Part shown: positions 1-13,378 of the stretch, in pieces
Layout: each line of letters starts with the position of its first letter
How positions within the stretch are numbered: position 1 is the stretch's first letter
Source: Octopus sinensis
Lineage: Eukaryota
DNA length: 64,000 bases
NCBI RefSeq assembly: GCF_006345805.1
Contig: NC_042999.1
Span: forward strand, 25,482,001-25,546,000
Reading direction: 5' to 3'
Notes under the pieces: model-generated
The model's input: the letters and a program-made list of their open reading frames with translations, nothing else
Database searches by the model: none
Told to the model about the DNA's origin: nothing
Translations under genes and position numbers: made by a program

Positions 1-93
1 GAAAAACTGCATTGGGTATGATTAGTATAATTTTGGTAGTAATGACTTTGTCCCTCCTAGTGTGAGGCATTTATGTGTAATAATGCCCTCTAT

Positions 94-190
<97 letters not shown>

Positions 191-497
191 GTTATGTATG
201 TATATATATATATACACAAAAACAATAGATGGATTTTTCTTCTCTTCATTTTGAATGAAGTTATTCCATCATGCCGAAAAAAAAAAAAAACGTTTTCATC
301 AATGTGAATATACACGAATTAAACAATAAAAACAACATTCCAAGATATAATATATTTTGTTTCACCAGTCGATATCCATACAACGAGTTTCGTTTTGCAG
401 TCTTTATTATAGAAAACAATCTATTTTAGTGTATTATAATTAAAATTATTTTACATGTCTGTACTAAGGTATACAATATATATAGTACAGTTGTATG

Positions 498-586
<89 letters not shown>

Positions 587-588
587 TA

Positions 589-629
<41 letters not shown>

Positions 630-668
630 CTCTCTCGCTCTCTCTCTCTCTCTGTCTCTCTCTCTCTA
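498..668. repeat. (TCTA)n then (TC)n microsatellite
   Basis: Directly visible tandem repeat; explains the YLSI-type ORFs in the track. Confidence 0.95.
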
Positions 669-962
669 TATATATACACACACACTTATATATGTATATA
701 TATGTATATATGTATGTATTATGTATTTACACACTCACAGAAACACACAGTCACACAAACACACGCACGCACACACACACACACGCACACATACACACAC
801 ACACACATACACATGCATATACATGGATGGTGCGTATAGACTTTTTTCCTAAAAGCTTGAAACGGGAAGTGTTTCGGATTACGGAATTGTTGCTATTAGC
901 TTTAATAAAATATATATTTCATAAAACATCTTAAATATATAAATATATATATATATATATAT

Positions 963-1360
963 AGGAGTGGCTGTGTGGTAAGTAGCTTACTTACCAACCA
1001 CATGGTTCCGGGTTCAATCCCACTGCGTGTCATCGTGGGCAAGTGTCTTGTACTATACCCTGAGGTCGACCAAAGCCATGTGAGTGTATTTGGTAGATGG
1101 AAAATGAAAGAAGCCCGTCGTATGTATGTATATGTATGTATATGTGTGTGTGCTTGTGTGTCTGTTTGTCCGCCCAACATCGCTTATCAACCGATGCTGG
1201 TGTGTTTACGTCCCCGTAACTTAGCGGTTTTGCAAAAGAAACGATAGAATAAGTAGTAGGCTTACAAAGAATAAAGTCCTAGGGTCGATTTGCTCGACTA
1301 AAGGCGGTACTCCAGCTTGGCCGCAGTCAAATGACTGAAGTAAGTAAAATAGTAAAAGAG
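963..1360 (+). mobile_element. tRNA-derived SINE family A, near full length
   Basis: A box TGGCTGTGTGG, B box GGTTCAATCCC, internal (TA/TG)n spacer and tail CCGCAGTCAAATGACTGAA..AAAAGAG; matches the copy at 11964-12372. Confidence 0.85.
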
Positions 1361-1643
1361 TATATATATATATATATTTACTAGCAAATAGTTTTGTGCA
1401 TTTCAGAATTTTACATTCGGAACAGTTCCCTTTTTATGGAAACAATCTGATTTTTACTTAAACTCAGATTGTCCACCACAATAAAGCTACGCATCAGTTT
1501 TCGTTGAATATGCTTCCTTTTCTAGCTCACAGACTACAAATACTTTCCGACTGCTTTCAGGAATTTTCTCAATGGAGATTTTTAAACGTTATTATATATA
1601 GTAATACACACACACACACGCGCGCGCGCGCGCACGCACACGC

Positions 1644-1918
1644 ATTTTATCATTTAACTATATCAGCCATTGAACTGCATCTATGGTGGGGCACAGCCTT
1701 GGAATGTTTTAATCGAAAGAATTGCTCTCAGTACTTATTTTTAAAGCGTGCTACTTGTTCTAGAAGTTAGCTTTGTCGGACCGCTAGGTTACTGGGACGT
1801 AAGGAAACCAACACGGCCTGCCAAGAGCGTTGGTAAGGAAAAAGACGAACGTGCACGCATACATACATTCACATATATACCTCTATGTCCATCTGAATTT
1901 GTATCTGAGTGTGTGCAT

Positions 1919-1982
<64 letters not shown>

Positions 1983-2497
1983 TTATATATACATTATTTA
2001 TTCTTAATAGAATTGAAGGATAAACTCACATTAATGTTAATATCAGGTAGTTAGCATGAAATAGATGACATTTTTAGTATTTTTTCAACTGCCAGACTAC
2101 AACTTGTTTCTTTGGAGTTATTCAGTAGTGCCTTGACATTTATTTCAAGTATTTAGGAAGCAGGTCATTTTGCCCTGCTCCCTTAATCTATCTATCTATG
2201 TATCTATCTATGTATCTATCTATCTATCTATATAATTATTAATATGTATATACATATTATATAGATACAACATTATATATATATATATATATATATATAT
2301 AGATATATATATAGATATATATAGTATATGTAGATGTCTGTGTGCGCATGTACACGTCTCTGTACACAGTTTCAGTCTACCAAAGCCAACCATAAGGCTT
2401 TACTCGGTTGAAGTCTACGACAAAAAACACTTGCCCAAGTTGACACACATGTGACTGAACTCAGAACCATGCGTTTGGGAAGCAAACATCTTAGCAC
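1644..2497 (-). mobile_element. SINE family A split in two (3' half 1644-1862, head 2369-2497) around an expanded ~500 bp spacer
   Basis: Both halves align to the reverse complement of family A, in the correct order and orientation. Confidence 0.65.
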
Positions 2498-3344
2498 TAG
2501 TATGTGTATGTTTGTAGATAAGTGCATGTAAGCACACACCCATATTCACACACATGCGTCTATCTGCTCATGCCTCTTGTGAGGCTATACATTCACATAT
2601 ATATCCATCTGTCTATCTCACCACCAATTCACCTATCACGCGTTTGAAAGAATTAATGATATAAGATCACTTGTTGATCCTAGATTTGGAACTACTCCAT
2701 GCATTATACCTTTTACAATATTCTCTGCTGTCACCAGATAGCTCTTAAATTTGCAGATAGTTTCAGGCTAATGCGTGTATGACATATAACATTAACTGTG
2801 ATTAAATTCAGAAGAAAATATACTATTTATGTTATAGCTTTATTATTTATTTTTTTCCTACATTTGTTCCACATTCTCTGCGTGTTGTGTGTTATGTTGT
2901 TAGTTACCTGTTACTTTTTGTGTGTGCTACGAAATATACAAAACAGTAATCACGAACGAACATGCTAATTCGGTTTGTATGCTATCATTTTATTATATAC
3001 CACACTGCTAAATGAAAGGAAAAAAAAGAATGACTAACGGGTATATACTATGGGATAACTTTTGATTGTAAAATAGTAATCACTGCTGTCATATTTAATG
3101 TGGTTTGAAAAAAAGGGGCTGTACTGATGAGTTCAATTCATTAGCTTCAGGATAATTTGTGGTAAATATAATCAGGGGACTCAAGCAACATCGCTAAAAA
3201 TAAATTCAACACTGGCTAGTTATTCGTTGTTTCATAAATTTCAAATGTTTTGAATTCTACAATTGTCTCTCTTGCACTTTAGCAAAATTATTAAGATATA
3301 TGATATAATTTTTCTCATTACCCGTATCATTAAGATTAATTAAA

Positions 3345-3467
3345 ACGGGCTACTTTCAGTTTCCGTCTACCAAATCCACTCACAAGGCTTTGGTCAGCCC
3401 GAGGCTATAGTAGAAGAGACTTGCCCAAGGTGCCATGCAGTAGGACTGAAACCGGAACCATGTGGTT
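3345..3467 (-). mobile_element. SINE family A head fragment
   Basis: Reverse complement of the family A 5' region (CAAGGCTTTGGTCAGCCCGAGGCTATAG..CTTGCCCAAGGTGCC). Confidence 0.8.
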
Positions 3468-3738
3468 CCTGCGCCTAATTATATTACATGATATACTATG
3501 AATATAATATAACATAATATTATATAACATAAACAATTATTTAAAAAAAAACATAAAAGGCCAACACATTGTTTCGACTTACGTACATTTTCTGATATAC
3601 ATACACAAAAAACGTTCCTTATATAAAGTCACTTCAGCATCCTAGTTTAAAGATAGATGAAATCACGTGTGAAAGTACCCCTGGATTGTAAATTAATTCA
3701 AATATCCATTTGAATTAACTTTTACAATCCAGCCGTCC

Positions 3739-3776
<38 letters not shown>

Positions 3777-3985
3777 ATATCTATAATATATATATATATA
3801 TAATATATATATATATATACTATTATATATATATATGTATATATAATATATATACCATATATATATACATACATATATATATGTATGTATATATATAATA
3901 TGTATAATTATATTATACATATATAATATATATATATACATGTATATATATATAGTTATATCTATATATACATATATATAGATAA

Positions 3986-4046
<61 letters not shown>

Positions 4047-4192
4047 CATAATATATATACAAACATATATATATAAACACACATATATCTATATACATAT
4101 ATATATACGTATATATATATATATACATACATATATATATATATACACACATATATCTATATACATATATATATACGTATATATATATATAT

Positions 4193-4248
<56 letters not shown>

Positions 4249-4278
4249 ATATATATTATATATATATATATATATATG
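3739..4278. repeat. Long imperfect (TA)n microsatellite
   Basis: Directly visible. Confidence 0.95.
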
Positions 4279-4571
4279 ATAATATCATATGTTTTTTTCC
4301 TAGCAGAATAATGAAGGCGCAAGAGTGATAGTATTCTTAATTTAGCAGCTGCAATTAGAATTTAGATTTATAGAATTTGACATTCCATCCCAAACCAGCA
4401 TGGAAAGGATATTAAATTTTGAATCCACAGTTCAGATGCAATATTCTGAAGCTTCCTGTATATTTTTATTTGCCGTTAGCTTAAAGTATTAATTTTGCAC
4501 TTACAATTTTTCTACTAGACCATTCGTTTTATATGCAAACCCTTTTCAAATAACAATCAATTCATATGCAG

Positions 4572-4739
4572 ATAATGGTAAAAAGCTTGGAAAGCAAATT
4601 ACTCATTTCAAAATGTTTAGGCTATATAAAAGATAAATTCTACAAATTTAGAAGAAAATTTTATTTGGAAAAATCTCTTGTTAAATTAAAGGACGCTAAT
4701 CAGAAAGCCGTGCAACAAATATTAGATGAAAAGTTCGAG
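4572..4739 (+). CDS. Candidate internal exon, unknown protein (IMVKSLESK..ILDEKFE)
   Basis: CAG acceptor with a weak pyrimidine tract, GAG|GTAATG donor, 168 bp open phase 0-0; no recognised homology. Confidence 0.25.
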
Positions 4740-5158
4740 GTAATGTTGTCCTGCTCTCCAAGCTGCGGGGTGGAATCATTCGACGGATAAAATAACATAA
4801 AGGACATTGTGATCAGCGATGTGTAACAACATCTGATGATCTGGCCAGTCAAGTGATCACCATTCCTTGTATCGAGACAATTTTCTTTGTCTTAGTAGTC
4901 TCGTAGGCACTCAGTATATTTCAAACAGGGCACTGTATAGCTTGCTGAGTTATTGCTGCAACAGAGAAAATATTAGTGCAAAACCTTTCACAGAATCTAA
5001 TTTATTAGAAAGGCATGCCATAATTTCTGTGGTAGAATCGGTATGATGATCGTCGTAACTGGTATATACTGTATGTCATTTGAGTAGCATCAATTGGTTT
5101 ATTATTCATGTTCTCAACATTGACTGTTGCCATATGTAATAAAATATATATGAAATAC

Positions 5159-5191
5159 CTAAACCGGTAATTTCTGCTGTAATGGTGTCTT
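5159..5191 (-). CDS. Candidate 33-nt micro-exon (DTITAEITGL)
   Basis: Strong acceptor TTTCATTTTGCTTTATCCACAG, donor AG|GTATTT, symmetric phase 1-1. Confidence 0.25.
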   Translation of the reverse strand, partial: KTPLQQKLPV

Positions 5192-5994
5192 CTGTGGATA
5201 AAGCAAAATGAAACGATGCTAGAAAATTGACATTTTCAGTATATAATTCTGCCATCTCTCACGATACTAATATTCAGGCCTTCATTAGTATTCAGTGCTT
5301 TTATTTGTTAAATCTATAACTTTTCTTTTTTGATATATCATATTTTTCGATATTTATCGCCACAAATGTTCAGCTGTCATACACGCCTAGCTAAAATCAT
5401 AATGATTTCAAACGGTCATTAAGTCTTTAGTATCATTTCCTTGAAGTACGATCAGGATATGTATTGTAAATGATAATTGACGGTGAAACAGTGAATGAGA
5501 AAAAGAAAGATGTATTCTTCTCACTGAATGACATTTTTTCTTGAGAACTAAGATGAATGAGAAAATAAAATACAACTTATAGAAGGATTAGATGGAATGT
5601 TTCATGGACAATAATATTAGAAGATATTATTTTATTCTACACAAAAGAGAATAATCTATTCTATCAGATGTTCTACACTTCATTAGTTGTTTTATGCTTC
5701 ACCCAAGCCATTTTTCTCGGGGCAGCTTCGGTGAAGATCAAGATCATATATATTCAATATATCGTAGCACACACACCCCTTCTCTCTATTTCTCTCTCTT
5801 TCAAACACACGCACATACGTACACACGCACTTGTACACTCACTCTCATACAAAAAGACAGAGGCACATACGCTCGTTCAAACTTATATATTCTCTCTCGG
5901 TTCCATATTCTCACCCTATGATTTCTAATGTTTAAGCGTGTACATAAGATATTTTCCCATATAAAGAGGTACATATACATACATACATCTATAT

Positions 5995-6089
5995 GCGTGG
6001 CATCTTAGGCAAGTGTCTTCTACCATAGCCTCGGGCCGACCAAAGCCTTGTGAGTGGATTTGGTAGAAGGAAACTGAAAGAGGCCTGTC

Positions 6090-6147
<58 letters not shown>

Positions 6148-6253
6148 TGTGTGTGTTGGTGTATGTGGGTGTGTGTGTGTGTGTATATAAATGGCGGTGC
6201 CCCAGCATGGCCACAGCTCGTGAGCTGAAACTAAATAAAACAAATACAAATAA

Positions 6254-6284
<31 letters not shown>

Positions 6285-6434
6285 AGTGTATTTGTATGTG
6301 CGTCTGTGCTTGCCCCCCCCCCACAATCGCATGACAACCGATGTTGGTGTGTTTACGTCCCCGTCGCCAAGCGGCTCGACATAAAAGACCGATAGAATAA
6401 GTACCAGGCTTACAAAGAATAAGTCTTGGGGGTC
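5995..6434 (+). mobile_element. SINE family A (5'-clipped) with a nested SINE-tail fragment in its microsatellite spacer
   Basis: Aligns to family A; 6192-6250 matches the tail fragment at 61370-61422. Confidence 0.8.
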
Positions 6435-6513
6435 TGTGTGCATATTACTAAAATGGCAACGGTGCCCATACGAGTGGCAGGTTGAATTCTGAGATCACTC
6501 AGTATAAGGAAAA

Positions 6514-6712
6514 GGGATATTATGCTACTCCTAAAGAGAATTATTTTTGTGTTATCTGGATAGCTACTCCCAACTATGGTCACGACAAAACGTCAAACTT
6601 ACAGGCAACCCAACGTCACTACACTAAGGAGATGAACTCGGTGCAACAGATGAGCTCCTAGGAGAGGCAGAAAATGAAGCTCTATTCCCTAGAAAGAAGA
6701 CACGAAACATAT
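6514..6712 (+). pseudogene. CR1/L2-like LINE 3' ORF2 fragment
   Basis: Frameshifted translation LDSYSQLWS..QRHYTKEM..MSS*ER..KLYSLERR resembles the CR1 C-terminal motifs LDYCSQLW and LSYxERL..LYSLERRR. Confidence 0.65.
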
Positions 6713-6859
6713 ACATATGTATGTATGTATTATGTGTGTATGAATGGATGGATATGGAAGACCCCTGAAGGTGTATGAACGCCACTGGATTGTACTAAAT
6801 ATCCAGTCATCTCTACTTAGACTAAACACATGCTTGAAACTGCTCCCACCAATCCCTAG

Positions 6860-7040
6860 ATATTTTTCTCTCTCTGTTTTTCCTTTGTTCTCTGTCCGTC
6901 CCCCACCACTTCAGTATTTTCTGTCCAAGAGAATAGACTCGAAACTTCAAAGATTTCTCCATTCTTCCCGAGCGTTAAACTATACACCTTCTTGTTCCTT
7001 CACATGTTTTCATTTTTTGTTTTCTGTAAATTTGAACTAT
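6860..7040 (+). mobile_element. Hammerhead-bearing repeat, family P1 (divergent copy)
   Basis: TTTT CTGTCCA A GAG AATAGA CTC GAAA CTT C AAAG at 6917-6952, followed by the CCCGAGCGTT..GTAAA body shared with P1. Confidence 0.6.
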
Positions 7041-7044
7041 TGGA

Positions 7045-7134
7045 TACATACATACATACATACATACATACATACATACATACTCATACTACATACATAC
7101 ATACATACGTACATATATATTATACATATATATA

Positions 7135-7201
<67 letters not shown>

Positions 7202-7362
7202 TTATAGATATATATATGTATAATATATAATGTATATGTATATATATAATATATGGATATATATATGTATATATATGTATATATATGTATATATATGTAT
7301 ATATATGATATATATGTATATATATATTATATATATATATATATATATAATATATATATATA
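7045..7362. repeat. (CATA)n/(TA)n microsatellite
   Basis: Directly visible. Confidence 0.95.
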
Positions 7363-7617
7363 CACAACTTACGGAACGACAGAAATTATAATTGTATTTT
7401 TTCTGTTCCTCTTTCCCCATCTCATCCTCCCTCTCTTTCTCTCTCTACCTTTCTCACTTGTGCTGTAAGCTTTCAGTTAGAGATTTGTGAAATACATTTG
7501 ACATTATGGATTCTTTGAGTTTTGTTTGGTTAATCTTTAACGAAAATTTTACGGGTTTTCCAGAAGCATAAACTGTAGAATATGCTGTGACAGTATTAAA
7601 CGATGTATCAGTTTAAG

Positions 7618-7821
7618 AAATCATAGATAAATTTATAGAAGGCTATGAAAAAATTAAACCAAAAGAACATCATCTGAACACTAACTTTAGACACTTTATA
7701 CACTCACAGATAGATGATGTAAATACCATTTACAGTGTAAACACTTTGATCAAAAAACGAGAAAACAGTGAATATACAAAACATAAGAACATAAATGCTG
7801 TCGCATTACTCACTATAAATA
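7618..7821 (+). CDS. Candidate exon, unknown protein (IIDKFIEGYEK..ALLTIN)
   Basis: 68-codon open frame in AT-rich DNA ending at a perfect A|GTAAGT donor; acceptor weak (TAAG); the better CAG at 7563 brings in two TAA stops. Confidence 0.2.
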
Positions 7822-9199
7822 GTAAGTATATCTCCCTCATATCAACACACTTCTGTCTTTTATAAAAGAACGTGACAATAGATACGACAGTAGATGGTCA
7901 AACAGATGTGTACCTTTGGTTTGAAGATAATCACACTTTCACCAACACCAGCACCACATCACGAGCACCAGCATCACCACCAGCAGCGCCACGACTAGCA
8001 CCACCATCGCCGCCAACACCACCGACGCCGCCGCCGCCGCCGTCACCGCCACCATCATACCACCACCACTAAAACAACAGCTACAGAAGTAAAAAAGGGA
8101 AGGCTTTTGTTCAACAACAAAATTCAAGCCTTCACGTTATTGCTTAATTCCAGGTCATTCCTGACCCAGTACAACTATAGGGTCAAATGTGTTCTATGTA
8201 TGAAAATCCTTGCTTTAATTTTGGAGATAGTGTATCTAGGACTATATCATTTCCTGTGTTCTCTAAAGATCAACGATTAAATATGTTGCACTCGTTATTC
8301 AGAGATAATATTTCTCACACCACATTATATCGTTTATCCATTTCTTGATAGAGGTCATGATGAAATTTGACGGAGATTTCGCTCTATTTCTTGCAGATCG
8401 AGTAGGCAATGTGGTGAATCCTACTGCATCATGGTCATGTCGGTATTTTGTTAGTTCTGTTTAAATCCAGGTCAGATTTGAGGAGATCTGTGATAAAAAA
8501 ATCTCTGTAACCATCTTGTCTTTCAGCTATTTTAATATATGAGAATTTTATTAGAGGGATGTTTTAGCTACCATTTTTTTAACTGTTCAATCAAGCGTGC
8601 AGTTGTTCGCTTCGACATTGATCTGTGCCTCTCAAATGCAACTGAAGGGTCATATGGTCAGAGGCTTCCAGCTATGACAATCCTGTCTTTTTTAGAGCTA
8701 TGTAGCACCACTCTATACTTAAGACACTTGGATGAGATTTGAGGAAATTGTGCTGCTAGTTCTAGCGTGTCAAGTGACCAGGTACACTCTTACCACTGAT
8801 CCCGTATAACACGTAGACCAGCAAACTGCACAAATATATATTATATTCTTCAATTAACCTAGCAATGTGTTTCCTATTTTGTATTTCACCTTCTATACCT
8901 CGGCTATCTGGACACCTCAAATTGAATTGTCTTGCGGAAACGGTTATATACTATTTATAGTGATTCTGAAATTGTCAATTAAGAATGACTGCTTTAGGGT
9001 AAGAAGCAATGCGGTATTGAAAATATTACCTGCTTCACAAATAGCTGTCTTGTGAACACGTATATCCATCCAAGAGGATTGTTAAATCAGTGATTAAAGA
9101 AAGAAGAAAGTAATATATGGCATATACGTGGATGGACTCACCATGACTAAGTGGGTAATTAAGGAATATTGAGCCATGCATGCGTATATAGCGACACTT

Positions 9200-10615
9200 A
9201 GGTACGTGCGTATGTATGTATGTATGTATGTATGTATCTATGTATTATACATGCATGTATATATACACACATCACATCGCTATGTATATACACATACACA
9301 CACTGCACTCGCATACATGTATATATACACTCACGCAACATACGCATACCTGCATACAAATACATACATAATACACATACATCATACATACATGATACAT
9401 ACTATACATGCATCATCCATACATACATACAACATACATATACATGCATGACATACATGCATATACATACATACAATACATACATGCATTCACATGCATA
9501 CACATACTACATACATGCATACATACATACATACAAAACATACATACATACATTACATGATACATACATACATACATACATACATACCTACTGCATACTA
9601 CATACATGACATACATACAACATACTACATACATACATACGTCATACATGCATACATACATACATACATACATACATACATACATACATACAGGCATTCA
9701 TACATACATGCATACACACATACATACATACATACATAGCATACATACATGATACATACATACAAATACATACATACATGCATACATGCATGCATACTAC
9801 ATACATACATACATACCTAACATACTACACATTCATCATACATCATACACACATACACATCATACTGCTACATATACATACATCATACATAAATCATACA
9901 TACATAACATACATACATACTACAGGCATTCATACCTATCATACCATACATAAACATACCGTACATACATACGATACATACATACACATACTACATACAT
10001 ACATGCATACATCATACATACATACATACAGGCATTCATACATACATGCATACACCACATACAACATACATCATACATACATGACTACATACATACATAC
10101 ATACATAGCTACATTAAGCATACATACATACATACATACATCATACATACATACATACATACATACATGCAGCATACATACATATACATACATACATACA
10201 TACATCACACCTACATAGCATACATACACATACATACATACGATTCATACATACAATACATCATACATACATGCATACTACATGAACATACATACAAGCA
10301 CATACATACATGCATACATGCAGACATTACATACATACATAAGATACAGGCATTCAACATAATGCATACGCACATACATACATACATACATGCTACATAC
10401 ATACTACATACAACATACATACATACATACATACATACATACATACATACATACAGCATATACATGCATACATACATAACATACAGACATACATGGACAT
10501 ACATACACACACATACATACATCATGCATACACCATACATACATACATACATACATACAGGCATTCATACATACATGCATACACACATACATACATATAT
10601 ACATACATACATATA
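9200..10615. repeat. Complex (CATA)n satellite with a recurring higher-order motif
   Basis: Directly visible; CAGGCATTCATAC recurs about five times. Confidence 0.95.
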
Positions 10616-10913
10616 CCACGTGTTCGGCCACTAATTGTGAATTTGTTTTTAAACGAGAGAGAACCCATTCCCAGTCGAAGTTAGAGACTCTAATTTTCGA
10701 TTAATAAATATTTATTACTTTACTTCTTACACAAAATAAAAATTTTTAATTTTTTGTCGTTGGTAGCCATGCATATTTCTATTACACCCTCTTTAAATTG
10801 GTCGGAGCTGCGTAGCTCGAGACAAATTAAATTAAGCTAAATTTAACCGTCTATGAAGTTTAATAAAAACAGCAAGAATACTGAAGATAAGAGATAGTTC
10901 ATATTTTAAACGA

Positions 10914-11131
10914 CATTCTTTTACTCTTTTACCGTTTTAACTGCTAGAGCAGGACTTATTCTTTGTAAGCGTAGTACATATACTATTGGACTCTTTTGCC
11001 GAATCGCTAAGTTACGGGGAAGTAAATACACCAACATCTGTTGTCAAGCGTTGTGGGGGGGGGGCAAACATATATAGAGACACAAAAATAATATATATTT
11101 ACATACATACATACTTACATTTATATATATA

Positions 11132-11183
<52 letters not shown>

Positions 11184-11791
11184 AGATTTTACGAAAAAAA
11201 CAAAAGACGAAGACAGGTAGTGTACCAAACAAAGAGATGTATTAGTATGATACATCTCTTTGTATCATACTCAGAATTGAAAAAATCTTTAACGTTTCGA
11301 GCCTACGCACTTCTAAAGAAAGGGACACAGAAAAAACAAGAAGAGAAAAAAATGTGTGTAGTGCTAACGATCTATCATGGCGACTGATATATATATATAT
11401 ATATTTTTATATATAATATATATATATATTATATATATATATAATATATATATATCTATATATATATATATATTCAAATATATAAGGAATGCCCATATTA
11501 GGACATTCCTTATATATTTGAATGTATATTATATAGTCTATTGACTAACTTCTGTTTCTCACTTGACCGCTGGTAGCGGATAATTTTTCTAGAATTTTTG
11601 CTACCCTTAAATTATATATATATATATATATAATATATATATATATAGGAAGGGCTTCTTTCAATTTCCGTGTACCAGATTCACTCACAAGGATATAATA
11701 TAAAACACTTGCTCAAGGTGCCACGGAGTGGGGGTGAACCCGGATCCATGTGGTTGGGAAGCAAGCGTCTTACGACATAACCACGTCTGCG
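10914..11791 (-). mobile_element. SINE family A split by nested insertions (3' half 10914-11080, head 11649-11791)
   Basis: Both halves align to family A in order; the spacer holds a P1 element and a hairpin-bearing fragment. Confidence 0.7.
11181..11392 (-). mobile_element. Hammerhead-bearing repeat, family P1
   Basis: Matches the copies at 20218, 46201, 54243 and 61823; decayed motif at 11287-11323; (TA)n on both sides. Confidence 0.8.
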
Positions 11792-11963
11792 ACTATATTT
11801 AATCTTTGTTTTTTCATTCTAAATCGTTAACGATTAATAGTGGAGAACAGAGAAAAATGTCCTTCGCGACGGTCTGAATGACTTTCCAGGGTTTTTAATC
11901 TATTATTATTTGGATTTTTTGTACAAGGTTAAGAGTTCTGTTGGTATTATAAACCTGTGCATT

Positions 11964-12372
11964 GGCGCAGGAGTGGCTGTGTGGTAAGTAGCTTGCTCAC
12001 CAACCACATGGTTCGGGGTTCAGTCCCACTGCGTGGCACCTTGGGCATGTGTCTTCTACTATGGCCTCGCCCCGACCAAAGCCTTGTGAATGGATTTGGT
12101 AGACGGAAACTGAAAGAAGCCCGTCGTATATATGTATATATAGGTGTGTGTGTTTGTGTGTGTGCGTTTGTCCCCCCAACATCGCTTGGCAACCGATGCT
12201 GGTGTGTTTATGTCCCCGTAACCTAGCGGTTCGGCAAAAGAGCCCGATAGAATAAGTACTAGGCTTCCAAAGAATAAGTCCTGGGGGGGGGGGCGATTTC
12301 CTCGACTAAATGCGGTGCTCCAGCATGGCCGCAGTCAAATGGCTGAAACAAGTAAAAGAGTAAAAGAGAATA
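11964..12372 (+). mobile_element. SINE family A, full length
   Basis: GGCGCAGGAGTGGCTGTGTGG head, B box GGTTCAGTCCC, spacer and (GTAAAAGA)n tail. Confidence 0.9.
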
Positions 12373-12706
12373 CGTTTTGCTTTCTGTTGCTGATGTTGCA
12401 TCTATGTCAGCGACTTCTACGTCCTGAGCAACTTTGCCTGCGAAAAATCGTTAACTTTCAACAGAGTTATTTCAGTACCAATATGCTGCGCTTCTATGGA
12501 ATTGATAACGCGTGCCTTTTTATTCACAGTGTCAACCTGATGTCTGACATCATTTGTGTGAAAAGGAAAAAATCTTAGAATAAAGCTTTGCATGAGGTGT
12601 CCTCAGAAAACCGACATACTGTGTGTGTGTGTATGTGCGTGCGCGCATGTATTTGTGTATGTATGTGTATATATACATACATATGTACATACATGCATAC
12701 ATATAT

Positions 12707-12752
<46 letters not shown>

Positions 12753-12768
12753 TATATATATATATGTA

Positions 12769-13376
12769 CAAGGTGTTTCAAAAAAATTGCTATCATTTCG
12801 CAATAACTTTGCCAGTTCTTGTTCAAATGACTTCAAATTTTAACATTATGTGTTGAAGCAGGTCAAAATTTTATGTTTAATGTTTGATACGTTTCTATTT
12901 TCAGGTATAGAAATGGCATTCACTGGAAAAGAAAAGGCATTTTGTGTGTTGGAGTATGCTCAAACACAGTCGAACAAGACTGTGCAGCGTACATTTAAGA
13001 GAGAGTTCTCTAAAAAGTAACCAATGGAAATGCAGATTTGGACATGGCACAAAAATTCAAAGAAGAGGGCTGTCTGTGCAGGGCAAAAAAATCTAGATGA
13101 CTACTAACATCGGAAGAGACAGTCGAGTGGGTTCGCCAAAAACTCTTGCGAAGCCCTAAGAAGTCCATAAAAAGAAGTCCCCAGGAAACGCTTGCTAATA
13201 AAACCCTATAAGCTGCAGCTCGTTCAGGCCATAGCAACAGATGACAAGCGAAAGCGCAAACATGGGGCTATGTGGAGGGCCTCATCTATATGCCTCCTCT
13301 TTCTGCAAACCTAGAGAAACTCGAACACAGAATCACTACCGCAATGGAGACTGTTATCCAATACATGCTGCAACGT
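12769..13376 (+). mobile_element. Internally deleted Tc1/mariner relic (rosa/DD41D-like)
   Basis: TA|CAAGGTGTTTC left end; from ATG 12913 MAFTGKEKAFCVLEY..KFKEEGCLC (HTH region), KPYKLQLVQA, then a jump to WGYVEGLIY..LEHRITTA; the catalytic DDD region is absent. Confidence 0.8.
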
Positions 13377-13378
13377 TT

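Noticed and set aside
963-1035. tRNA genes at the SINE heads (also 11964, 14566, 21679, 28783)
   Set aside because: A and B boxes are present, but the sequences continue into SINE bodies and do not form complete cloverleaves.
3124-3160. CTGATGA hits here and at ~4833, 41062, 43835 and 58993
   Set aside because: There is no stem II-GAAA-helix III arrangement downstream; a 7-mer is expected by chance.
5668-5740. Signal-peptide-like ORF start MFYTSLVVLCFTQAIFLGAAS
   Set aside because: No good donor (GTGAAG), the ORF runs into microsatellite, and hydrophobic codons are common in T-rich DNA.
8150-8830. Probable additional old repeats
   Set aside because: Only one copy in the window and no diagnostic motif, so it cannot be supported from this sequence alone.
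10798-10830. GAGCT-GCGT-AGCTC-GAGA hairpin resembling P1 stem II
   Set aside because: No CUGANGA-like core upstream and no palindromic helix III.
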